Shown here in pieces: positions 28,460-36,633 of a stretch of 52,381 bases of DNA. The stretch lies in the IMG/VR virus record IMGVR_UViG_3300015242_000254, positions 1 to 52,381 of that record; one strand, 5' to 3'. Both the position numbers and the translations under genes were made by a program. The DNA comes from a virus (taxonomy: Duplodnaviria > Caudoviricetes). Numbering within the stretch: the stretch's first letter is position 1; each line of letters opens with the position of its first letter. Below the pieces are notes generated by a model. That model saw only the letters and a program-made list of their open reading frames with translations. It searched no databases and was not told where the DNA came from.

Positions 28460-30051
28460 GTGAGGCGGCCGTGATAGAGCGACCGCTGATGCCCAATGGT
28501 CGTCTCTACCATTCGCCTCTGGGATTGTTCCCTTTCCAGGCCGACTGCGTCATCGAGACCATTCATCACGGTGATCGAATTGGCATCGTCGATACCGGCC
28601 TCGGCAAGACGCACATCGCGATGTGCACTGCGGCCACGCTGTACGAGGAAGGCGAGATCGACCTCGTCATGCACGTCGGTCGACGCAACAAGGTCTCGGA
28701 CAAGGACGAGTTCCCGGCCGACTGGGCGCAGTTCACCTCGCTGTCAGTGCTGGTCTACCACGGCGCTGGACGACACAACCGACTGCTCAAGCACGGTGTC
28801 CCCGACGTCGTGCTCACCACCTACGAGACCGCCGCGTCAGAGCTGATGAGCCGCAAGAAGACCCCCGGCAAGATGGGCAAGGGCGGCCGGGTGGACGGTC
28901 CGCTGATCCAGAAGCTGGGTCTGCGGGACAAGCGCGTCCTGTGGATCTTCGACGAGGTCGCGCGTCTGCGCGGTCGCAAGGCCGAGCGCTACCAGGCCAT
29001 CTACTACGCGCTGGACCAGCTCCGCCGGGGCCCGCACAAGCAGCGTGCGCTCGGCTTGACGGCCACGATCATCTCGACCGAGGACGAGGGTGCCTTCAAC
29101 GTCGCCCGGTTGGTGGTCCCGGGTTCGATGCCGCTGGTCACCGAGTACGAGCGCGAATTCACCCGAGGCCGTGACGAGTACCAGCAGTACGTCTACATCA
29201 AGGACAAGCAGCCGGAGTTCGACAGGCTCTTCCAGGCGACCCGTTTCCGGGTCCGCGAGGATGACCCGGCGATCCGTATCCAGATGCCCAAGCTGCGGGT
29301 AGACACCAAACACGTCGACCTGCTGCCCGAGCACAAGGCGCTCTACGAGGCCGTGGGCGACCTCTATGGCGAAGATCGGTCCAAGCTGACCGCCGAGCAG
29401 CGCTCCAAGCTCTCCATGGCCCTCAAGCTCACCGCCGGGCACCCTGCGGCCCTGCTGCACTCCGGGGCCGAGCTGTCCAAGGCCATCGTGGACACCCTCG
29501 GCGAGGAAGCCCTGCGCGCGATCCCCTCCTCGAAGTCCAGGTGGCTGATCGAGGAGCTGGAGGTGCTCTGCAAGGGCCAGGGAGCCCAGCTCATCGTGTT
29601 CACCTTCTACGCCGAGACCGTGCTGCCGGAGGTCGAGCGTGACCTGCGCGAAGCTGGCTTCTCGGTCGCGGTCTACAAGTCCGAGCAGACGCCGACGGAG
29701 AACCGCGAGTCCAAGCGAGCGTTCAAGGCCCGCGAGGTGCAGGTCATGCTCTCCTCCGACGCCGGGGCGGAGGGGCTCAACCTGCCGGAGGCGAGCTACG
29801 TCATCGAGTACGAGCCAGCCACCGCGATCGACGTCCGCCAGCAGCGTTTCGGACGTCACAAGCGCATCGTGGGCGGGGATAGCCCGTTCGTGTACGGCTG
29901 GTCGATGATGCTGCGCTCCACCGTGGAGGTCGACGCCTTCAACCTGGTGATGCACCGCGCAGAGCGTCAGGACGACCTCTATGGCGACACCGACACGGCC
30001 GGACACACCAACGCCCGGGACGAGAAGAAGCGACTGAGGAGCCGACAGTGA
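28456..30051 (+). CDS. SNF2-like superfamily 2 helicase
   Basis: FQ Q-motif, DTGLGKT, LTTYE, IFDEV, GLTAT, SSDAGAEGLNL, QQRFGRHKR. Confidence 0.9.
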   Translation: MSEAAVIERPLMPNGRLYHSPLGLFPFQADCVIETIHHGDRIGIVDTGLGKTHIAMCTAATLYEEGEIDLVMHVGRRNKVSDKDEFPADWAQFTSLSVLVYHGAGRHNRLLKHGVPDVVLTTYETAASELMSRKKTPGKMGKGGRVDGPLIQKLGLRDKRVLWIFDEVARLRGRKAERYQAIYYALDQLRRGPHKQRALGLTATIISTEDEGAFNVARLVVPGSMPLVTEYEREFTRGRDEYQQYVYIKDKQPEFDRLFQATRFRVREDDPAIRIQMPKLRVDTKHVDLLPEHKALYEAVGDLYGEDRSKLTAEQRSKLSMALKLTAGHPAALLHSGAELSKAIVDTLGEEALRAIPSSKSRWLIEELEVLCKGQGAQLIVFTFYAETVLPEVERDLREAGFSVAVYKSEQTPTENRESKRAFKAREVQVMLSSDAGAEGLNLPEASYVIEYEPATAIDVRQQRFGRHKRIVGGDSPFVYGWSMMLRSTVEVDAFNLVMHRAERQDDLYGDTDTAGHTNARDEKKRLRSRQ

Positions 30052-30377
30052 CCTACCGAGTCACCGATCAAGTCTTGTCCTGGATGGAGCAGGTGCTCAA
30101 CGAGGACCCCGAGTTCGACGGCCTCGACGTGCGCTACGACTGCGCGATGACTGCCCTACCGGACGGCGGCCAGGAAGACCGGTGGGTCCCGATCCTGACC
30201 CTCTACCTCGCCATCGACGGGAACAAGCCCGACCAGGACATCTTCGGCACGCCGGTGTTGCGCCCATACGCGACCACCGAGGATTTCGTGAAGGACCTGA
30301 CCCGCGACGGTCTGCGCTCGTTGCTGAAGCTGCGCGAGGATCTGGCGGCCGAGGCCGTGCCCGCTACTGGGTCCTGA
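30048..30377 (+). CDS. Hypothetical protein
   Basis: GAGGAG RBS; GTGA coupling; 109 aa, acidic. Confidence 0.7.
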   Translation: MTYRVTDQVLSWMEQVLNEDPEFDGLDVRYDCAMTALPDGGQEDRWVPILTLYLAIDGNKPDQDIFGTPVLRPYATTEDFVKDLTRDGLRSLLKLREDLAAEAVPATGS

Positions 30378-30603
30378 GGTAGAACGCGCACCGGTGGCCG
30401 CGTAGCTGGCCGACGAGCTTCGAATTGTGCCCGCACCGGCGCACCTCGTAGATGGCCGTCGGTATGTCCTTCACCTGGACGTGGGCGGCCGTGACCTGCG
30501 TCCACCCGCCGGTCAGGGTGACTCCCATGTACAACTCGGCCAGCCCGTCGGCCGCATGCACCACGCGGCCGTCCTCGGGTCCCTGGTTCAGCCAGTACTC
30601 CAC
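30364..30603 (-). CDS. Possible small reverse-strand hypothetical protein (start uncertain)
   Basis: Fills an otherwise empty gap; VEYWLNQGPEDG...CGH...HRCAFY; no clear RBS. Confidence 0.35.
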   Translation of the reverse strand: MEYWLNQGPEDGRVVHAADGLAELYMGVTLTGGWTQVTAAHVQVKDIPTAIYEVRRCGHNSKLVGQLRGHRCAFYLRTQ

Positions 30604-30667
30604 GGTCTGCAGGCTAGCCGTTTGATCCGGCCATCGGATAGCCTCTCCAACACGCCAGAGATAGCGA

Positions 30668-30709
30668 AGGGCCCGGGAGTCTTCGGTCCCCACCGAACTC
30701 CCGGGCCCT
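30668..30709. terminator. Strong inverted repeat (terminator-like hairpin)
   Basis: AGGGCCCGGGAGT / ACTCCCGGGCCCT perfect 13-bp stem, plus inner TCGGT/ACCGA. Confidence 0.55.
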
Positions 30710-30932
30710 GCTAGTAGACCGAAGTCCACATCAACTAAAAACGCGCCGCCCCACCTCACGAAGGGCTTTTGCTCTCGGGCTGGTGCCAGACCCGAAAGGT
30801 GGCGAGCTAGTGCACCCAGAGTTTAGGGACCCTCCGCTGCGCTATGCAACAGGGCAAGCTTTAGTGCTAGCCAGAATGTCCGTTTCCCCCAAGGGCCGTA
30901 GAGCTTCTGAAGGCATACCGGCAGTCGAGGGG

Positions 30933-31604
30933 ATGCGGACGAAGCGGACACCGGTCTGTCGGAACTTCTCCTCCTTCGTGAGGGAGAACGGGACCGTCAT
31001 CCATCGGCCGTGCGGGCGCAGGAACTGCGAAGCCTGCGGCAAGTGGCGTTCTGAGCAGCAGGCGGCTGAGCACCTAACCGCCTTCCGGCGACTGAACCAC
31101 ATGCTGTACTGGCGCGAGATCCCCGCCGGTGGCCGGGCCTACGCCTCAGAGATCGTGAAGCACCAGAGCAAGCTCGGGCACGGGGCGGAGGCCTTCGAGC
31201 AGAACGACGGGACCACGATGGTGGTCTGCAGCCACGACTTCAAGGACGCCTCACCCTGGCTGGGTGACGACGAGCGCTTCCTGCGCGAGCTGTTCGCCGA
31301 CGTGCCGACCTTCACCGAGGGCGAGCGTCGCGTCTACGTCCGGCCGAACAAGGTGCTCGGTGCCGCACTCGCTGCCGGGCGTGACGAGGATCATGGCGAA
31401 ACCGAGGTGCCCGAGCCCGAGCAGGTCTACCGGTTGGATCGCTACGCGGCGGCAGTCATCCGCGAGCACCGACTGATCGAGGAGGCAGACGAGGACGGCA
31501 CGCTGCGCAAGATCAGGTTCCCCGAAATGGACGACCCGGTCGCCTACGCTCATTTCTGGGCCCACGTCACGCCGGTGAGCAGGCACTACCTGACAGCAGC
31601 TTGA
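30933..31604 (+). CDS. Hypothetical Zn-finger protein, loosely Rep/IS91-like
   Basis: GAGGGG RBS before the ATG at 30933; PVC...RPCGRRNCEACG. Confidence 0.6.
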   Translation: MRTKRTPVCRNFSSFVRENGTVIHRPCGRRNCEACGKWRSEQQAAEHLTAFRRLNHMLYWREIPAGGRAYASEIVKHQSKLGHGAEAFEQNDGTTMVVCSHDFKDASPWLGDDERFLRELFADVPTFTEGERRVYVRPNKVLGAALAAGRDEDHGETEVPEPEQVYRLDRYAAAVIREHRLIEEADEDGTLRKIRFPEMDDPVAYAHFWAHVTPVSRHYLTAA

Positions 31605-31628
31605 TACTTGTGCCGATCCAGATACTGT
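31601..31628 (+). promoter_or_regulatory. Possible SigA-type promoter for dinG
   Basis: TTGATA-N16-TACTGT. Confidence 0.4.
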
Positions 31629-31662
31629 CATCTCATTCGCCGCACGTTGATTAGGAGCCATT

Positions 31663-33651
31663 ATGAGCTGGGCGCAGGCCGAGGAACGCTTCGCCACCAA
31701 GTTCCAGGGGTACGAGTCGCGTCCTCCGCAGCGCTCGCTGGCGACCACGATCGAGCAGGCGCTCGAAGAGGGCGCTCATCTGGCTGCCCAGGCCCCCTGC
31801 GGCACCGGCAAGTCCTACGCCGCGCAGGTCACCGCGATCGACTACGCCAAGTACACCGGTCGCCCGGTCGTGCTCGCGACCGCGACCAAGGCTCTGCAGG
31901 ACCAGTACATCCGCGACGCGGAGGATCTGCAGGAGCTGTACGAGCCGTTCCGGTTCGCGGTGGTCAAGGGTCGGTCCAACTACGTCTGCCTCGCCAAGCT
32001 CGACGAGCTGACCCCGCAGGACCTGGAGGTCGACCGCGAGGCGCTGTGGACCGAGCTGAAGGAGACAGGCGCCTCCGGTGACTTCGACCAGCTCACCGTG
32101 GCCATCACGCCCTACGACAAGGGCAAGCTATCCACCTCCTCGGAGGAGTGCCCGGGTGCCGGTGACTGCCCATTCGGAACGGTCTGCCTCGCCGAGCGGG
32201 CCAAGGCCCGGGCGCAGGAGTCCCACGTCGTCATCGCCAACCACGCGCTGCTGGTCACCGACGCGATCCTCAAGGGTGTCGCCGGACCAGACAGCCCGGT
32301 CGGTACCGCACTGCTGCCCGACTACAGCGCGGTCATCGTGGATGAGGCGCACGAGCTGGAGGAGTACACCACCGGCACGCTGGGCTCCAAGCTTACCGAG
32401 CGCAGCCTGACCCGGCTGGCCAACGACATCGCGGACTTCATGGAGGAGAGCGCTTACGTGGCCGCCGCCGTGCGGCCGGTGGCGGCCCTGTTCGGTGCGC
32501 TGGAGGACCAGATGCCCGCCGGGGAGAACGGGCGCCCGGCCCGGGAGAATACCATCGCCCTGTCGGCCGAGATCCTTGCCAACGTGGGCGACGAGATCCT
32601 CGCGGTGATCGAGTTGCTACGGGGCTTCGAGGAGAAGCTCGCGCAGAAGAAGATCTGGGCCAACGACCAGGCCAGCCAGAAGAAGAAGCGGCTGCGTCGG
32701 CGCAACGAGTCGCTGACCCGCAAGCTGGAGAACATCATCCTGGCTGACTTCGCAGACCTGGTGCGCTGGATCGAGCGTGAGACGGTCACCCCGCGCCGGG
32801 GCGATCCCTTCACCCAGATCTCGCTGAACTTCGCGCCGCTGACCGTGGGAGCCTTCCTGCGCGGTCACATCTGGAACCGGGTCCCGGCCGTGCTGATGAG
32901 CGCCACCCTGGCCGTCGGAAACGACTTCAGCTTCCTGGCGGAGCGGCTCGGCTTCGGCAGCGACCTGAAGACCTTCGACTGCGAATCGCCCTTCGACTTC
33001 CCGAGCCAGGCCCTGACCTACATCCCCGACATCCCCGACCCGAAGAAGGACCCCTCGGGCTACCGGGCAGGAGTGACCGCCAACCTGATCGAGCTGGTCA
33101 AGGCCTCCAACGGGCGAGCGCTGCTGCTGTTCACCAGCTGGACGAGCCTCAACCAGGCCTACCAGTCACTCGGGCCGATCATCGACTCGATGGGTCACCG
33201 CATCCTCAAGCAGGGCGAGCGGCCCAACAAGCAGCTCGCGCAGATCTTTGCCGAGGACGAGCACAGCGTGCTGTTCGCGGTGAAGTCGTTCTTCACCGGC
33301 GTCGACATCAAGGGCGACTCGCTGCGGCTCGTGGTCATGGACAAGTGCCCGTTCCCGGTGCCGAGCGACGTGATCTTCAAGGCCCGCTGCGACGTCATCG
33401 ACGCCAAGGCCGTGCGGTTCAAGGACAAGAGCTTCAGCAAGCTGTCGGTGCCGATGATGGCCCTGTCTCTGCTGCAGGGCTTCGGTCGGCTGATCCGCAC
33501 TTCGACCGACCGGGGCGTGGTCGCGATCCTCGACCCGCGCCTGAAGACCGCGTTCTACGGCTCGCGCATCCTGGGCGCGTTCCCCAACGCACCGATCACT
33601 CAGAGCCTGCCCGAGACCACCGCGTTCCTGCGGAGGCTGGATGAGGGCTAA
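31663..33651 (+). CDS. dinG: DinG/YoaA-family helicase with Fe-S cysteines
   Basis: ESRPPQ, APCGTGKS, KGRSNYVC, CPGAGDCPFGTVC, IANHALL, VDEAH, MSATL, TGVDIKG, QGFGRLIR. Confidence 0.92.
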   Translation: MSWAQAEERFATKFQGYESRPPQRSLATTIEQALEEGAHLAAQAPCGTGKSYAAQVTAIDYAKYTGRPVVLATATKALQDQYIRDAEDLQELYEPFRFAVVKGRSNYVCLAKLDELTPQDLEVDREALWTELKETGASGDFDQLTVAITPYDKGKLSTSSEECPGAGDCPFGTVCLAERAKARAQESHVVIANHALLVTDAILKGVAGPDSPVGTALLPDYSAVIVDEAHELEEYTTGTLGSKLTERSLTRLANDIADFMEESAYVAAAVRPVAALFGALEDQMPAGENGRPARENTIALSAEILANVGDEILAVIELLRGFEEKLAQKKIWANDQASQKKKRLRRRNESLTRKLENIILADFADLVRWIERETVTPRRGDPFTQISLNFAPLTVGAFLRGHIWNRVPAVLMSATLAVGNDFSFLAERLGFGSDLKTFDCESPFDFPSQALTYIPDIPDPKKDPSGYRAGVTANLIELVKASNGRALLLFTSWTSLNQAYQSLGPIIDSMGHRILKQGERPNKQLAQIFAEDEHSVLFAVKSFFTGVDIKGDSLRLVVMDKCPFPVPSDVIFKARCDVIDAKAVRFKDKSFSKLSVPMMALSLLQGFGRLIRTSTDRGVVAILDPRLKTAFYGSRILGAFPNAPITQSLPETTAFLRRLDEG

Positions 33652-33655
33652 ACGC

Positions 33656-33684
33656 TTGCATCGACCTCGGTGATGGTCTACGGT
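33656..33684 (+). promoter_or_regulatory. SigA-type promoter for the Y RNA / Ro60 operon
   Basis: TTGCAT-N17-TACGGT directly after the dinG stop. Confidence 0.55.
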
Positions 33685-33736
33685 CGGAACCCGGCCTAGT
33701 CGCCGAAGTACCAGCCAATTGACAACTACATAATTC

Positions 33737-33870
33737 GGTGCCGTTGCGCGGAGTGGTCCTACTTCAGGTAACAGCTGCTGGTGTCTTCGGACGCTGCCAG
33801 CTCAGAGGGATTCAAAGCCCTCAACCCGAGCTTGCTCGGGTGTCGGATCGTTCAACCAGTTCTCGGCACC
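33737..33870 (+). ncRNA. Y RNA 1 (multi-arm, degenerate tRNA-like domain)
   Basis: Terminal stem GGTGCCG/CGGCACC; shared TTGCG...GTTCT internal loop; stem GAGTGGTCC/GGATCGTTC; TACTTC; cUUCGg, T-like and CUUG hairpins; upstream of TROVE. Confidence 0.75.
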
Positions 33871-33882
33871 TCGCAACGACTT

Positions 33883-34019
33883 CGACGCTGTTGCGTAGGG
33901 TAGGGGCTACTTCCCTGCTAAGGAAAAGGTCATAGGTTCGAGTCCTATCGGCTTGGGGCGACCCTGGCTGTAGCTCAGTTGGTAGAGCATTTGCCTCCAC
34001 TCGTTTGTTCTCAGCGTCG
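33883..34019 (+). ncRNA. yrlA: Y RNA 2, YrlA-type with circularly permuted tRNA domain
   Basis: Terminal stem CGACGCTG/CAGCGTCG; T arm ATAGG-TTCGAGT-CCTAT comes before a GCGA-capped acceptor stem and the D arm GCTC-AGTTGGTA-GAGC. Confidence 0.9.
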
Positions 34020-34032
34020 TACTACTGCACCA

Positions 34033-34114
34033 AGCTGGCTGTTGCGTAGGCATGGGGGTACTTCCCTTTCTGGTAGAGATCAGTCCCTCGCCGCCGATTT
34101 GTTCTCAGCCAGTT
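34033..34114 (+). ncRNA. Y RNA 3 (short, no tRNA domain)
   Basis: Terminal stem AGCTGGCTG/CAGCCAGTT; GCTGTTGCGTAGG and TTTGTTCTCAGC identical to Y RNA 2; TACTTCC. Confidence 0.8.
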
Positions 34115-34143
34115 CCTACTAGCCCCGCTGGAGGGGTCAACCG

Positions 34144-35775
34144 ATGGCCAAGTTCAACGTCCCTGTCACCCAGGAGACCCGTCGCGGTCGCCTGACCAGC
34201 CCCGTCATGTCCGTGCCGGTTCCCGGCGCGCGTACCTACGAGGGCGCGGTCGCCACTGCGCGCGATCCCAAGTCCGAGCTGTTCCTGCTCGGCACCACCA
34301 ACTTCGTCTCCGAGGGCACCTTCTACGAGGGCAAGAAGGAGCGCGACGCGCGCTACACCGCCCTCGTGCGTCAGGTCGCGGTACAGGACCCCGAGTGGCT
34401 GGCTTTCTTCGCCCACTGGCTGCGCGTCAGTGGCAACATGCGCTCGGCGCCAGTCGTGCTCGCGGCTGAGGCCGTCGCTGCGCGTCTGGCCAGCGGGAGC
34501 CACGGCTGGAGCCGCAAGCTCGTCGATGCCGTCCTTCAGCGCCCGGACGAGCCCGGTGAGTTCCTGGCTTACTGGGAGTCGCGCTGGGGCACCGAGTTCC
34601 CGATGTCGGTCAAGCGTGGCGTTGCCGACGCGGTCACCCGCATGTACACCGAGCGCGCCTACACCAAGTACGACAGCTCGACCAAGGGCTGGCGTTTCTC
34701 CGACGTGCTGACCATCTCCCACGCGCGCCCGAAGGCGTCCTGGCAGGCTGCGCTGTTCGAGCACATCGTCAACGACCGCTACGGCCGCGCCGAGAGCATC
34801 GCCGAGGGTCTGCAGCTGCTGCGTCAGCGCAAGGAACTGCTGGCTCTGCCGGTGTCTGACCGCCGGGCCGTGCTGGCTACTCCGGATCGTCTGCGCGTGG
34901 CGGGCTTCACCTGGGAGGCCCTCTCGGGCTGGCTGCAGGGTCCGATGGACGCGCAGGCGTGGGAGGCGATCATCCCGTCGATGAACGTGATGGCGCTGAT
35001 CCGCAACCTGCGCAACTTCGACCAGGCCGAGATCTCCGACGAGGTCGCGCAGCTGGTGATCGCCAAGATCACCGACCAGGCGGAGGTCGCGAAGTCGCGG
35101 ACCTTCCCGATGCGCTGGCTCTCGGCGTACAACCACGTGCCGAGCGACCGGTGGAAGCACGCTCTGAGCATCGGCGCCAGCCACACGCTGAGCAACGTCC
35201 CGAAGCTCGGTGGCCGCACGCTGATCATGGTCGACGTGTCCAGCTCGATGGACAACACATTCAGCAAGGACGGCACCTTGCAGCGCTGGGACGCGGCGGC
35301 GGTGTTCGGCATCGCGCTGGGCAAGGCGAACGCTCCCAACGCGACCGTGTCGGCCTTCTCCAGCCAGCAGACGTACTACGGCGACCCGCGCGGCGCGCGC
35401 ACGAAGACCTTCGAGCTGCGCAAGGGCGCCAACGTGCTCAACGAGCTGGCTCGGTGGAAGAGCGAGGGCTACTTCATGGGTGGCGGCACCGAGACCGCCA
35501 TGGCCCTACGTCAGCTCTACGACAGCCACGACCGCGTAGTGATCCTGACTGACGAGCAGGCCTCGCAAGCCGGTTACGCCGAGGTCGGCGACGCCCTTCC
35601 GGCCCACGTCCCGCTCTACACCTGGAACCTGGCTGGCTACGAGTACGGACACGCCAGCTCGGGCACGGGCAACCGACACACCTTCGGTGGTCTGACCGAC
35701 GCGGCCTTCTCGACCATCGCCCAGCTGGAGAGCATGCAGGCTGGCCGCTGGCCCTGGGAAGGGTCCCTGAGCTAA
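34144..35775 (+). CDS. rsr: Ro60-related TROVE + vWA RNA-binding protein
   Basis: TYEG, ELFLL, NMRSAP, LQRPDEPGE, YTKYD, HARP, TWEALSG, MALIRNLRN, VDVSSSM (MIDAS), GGTET, ILTDEQ, WNLAGY. Confidence 0.95.
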   Translation: MAKFNVPVTQETRRGRLTSPVMSVPVPGARTYEGAVATARDPKSELFLLGTTNFVSEGTFYEGKKERDARYTALVRQVAVQDPEWLAFFAHWLRVSGNMRSAPVVLAAEAVAARLASGSHGWSRKLVDAVLQRPDEPGEFLAYWESRWGTEFPMSVKRGVADAVTRMYTERAYTKYDSSTKGWRFSDVLTISHARPKASWQAALFEHIVNDRYGRAESIAEGLQLLRQRKELLALPVSDRRAVLATPDRLRVAGFTWEALSGWLQGPMDAQAWEAIIPSMNVMALIRNLRNFDQAEISDEVAQLVIAKITDQAEVAKSRTFPMRWLSAYNHVPSDRWKHALSIGASHTLSNVPKLGGRTLIMVDVSSSMDNTFSKDGTLQRWDAAAVFGIALGKANAPNATVSAFSSQQTYYGDPRGARTKTFELRKGANVLNELARWKSEGYFMGGGTETAMALRQLYDSHDRVVILTDEQASQAGYAEVGDALPAHVPLYTWNLAGYEYGHASSGTGNRHTFGGLTDAAFSTIAQLESMQAGRWPWEGSLS

Positions 35776-35826
35776 TTTCCTTGCGGAGTGGTCCTGCTGG
35801 TCCCCCCCGCAGCGCATCTCCGCAAG

Positions 35827-35868
35827 CAACGAAGCCCCTCGGTTTGGGTGAGCCGAGGGGCTTCGTTG
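35827..35868 (+). terminator. Intrinsic terminator-like hairpin after the Ro60 gene
   Basis: CAACGAAGCCCCTCGG / CCGAGGGGCTTCGTTG perfect 16-bp stem. Confidence 0.75.
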
Positions 35869-35875
35869 TGTCCGC

Positions 35876-35903
35876 TTGCTATCCCCGACTTACCAGCTAA
35901 GAT
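35876..35903 (+). promoter_or_regulatory. Possible SigA-type promoter
   Basis: TTGCTA-N16-TAAGAT in an AT-rich intergenic region. Confidence 0.45.
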
Positions 35904-35943
35904 ATTCGAAGTTACCTATTCGCATATGTGAGAAGGGAAAGTC

Positions 35944-36633
35944 GTGACGCTCGCTCCCGGTACCGCCAACATCCAGCAGCTGCTCACCGACGGCCACGGC
36001 CTCGGTGACGTGCTCGACGCGCTGGTCGAGTCCAAGGCCAAGAAGGGCACGGAGGTCGAGGTCCCTCGTCGGCCGCTGCCAGCCGTGGTGCCGATCTCCG
36101 ACACCCAGCGCACCACGCTGCGCACCATCGTCTCCAAGCTCGACGCGCTGCAGCTGCCGACCAGCGCGCGCCTGCTCACCGACGTCGAGAAGGACACCTT
36201 CATCGACCTGTTCGGCGAGCTGAAGGATGCGCTGAAGGTCCTCGGCGTCGGCGAGTCCGCGCTCAAGGAGACCTTCCACAACCACCTCGACGTCGAGCTG
36301 GGCACCCCGGGCCCGGACGTCAAGCAGGACAAGAACGGTCACTACGTCAAGGCTGGCTCAGTCGGCTTCCCCGGCAAGCCGGTCGAGGTCAAGCGCGAGG
36401 AGCGCGGAGGCAAGGCCGCCTCGCTGACCGACTCCGATCTGCAGCGCCTGGAGTCCATGGGCGAGATCGACCACGCGACCTACCTGGCCATGACCGACGC
36501 TGGCATTCGCAACCCGAACGAGGCCAAGATCATGAGCCTGCTCAAGAAGCGCCCGGAGCTGCTCGGCGCCCTGCGCAAGGTCGCCACGCTGACCGACAAG
36601 ACCACCGCGATCAGCATCCGCGCGGTCAAGTAA
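35944..36633 (+). CDS. Hypothetical protein (229 aa)
   Basis: GAAGGGA RBS; typical high-GC codon usage; TAATG coupling. Confidence 0.75.
   Translation: MTLAPGTANIQQLLTDGHGLGDVLDALVESKAKKGTEVEVPRRPLPAVVPISDTQRTTLRTIVSKLDALQLPTSARLLTDVEKDTFIDLFGELKDALKVLGVGESALKETFHNHLDVELGTPGPDVKQDKNGHYVKAGSVGFPGKPVEVKREERGGKAASLTDSDLQRLESMGEIDHATYLAMTDAGIRNPNEAKIMSLLKKRPELLGALRKVATLTDKTTAISIRAVK

Noticed and set aside
30751-30802. Hammerhead ribozyme
   Set aside because: A three-stem layout with GAAA is present, but the CUGANGA core is missing.
33910-33990. Canonical tRNA-Ser gene
   Set aside because: The T arm precedes the D arm, the acceptor stem is closed by a tetraloop and there is no CCA; it is the permuted domain of a Y RNA.
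33737-34114. CRISPR array (repeated GTTGCG / GTTCTC motifs near a DinG gene, as in type IV systems)
   Set aside because: The repeats are short, alternate between two motifs, are irregularly spaced and are explained by Y RNA stems; no cas genes are present.
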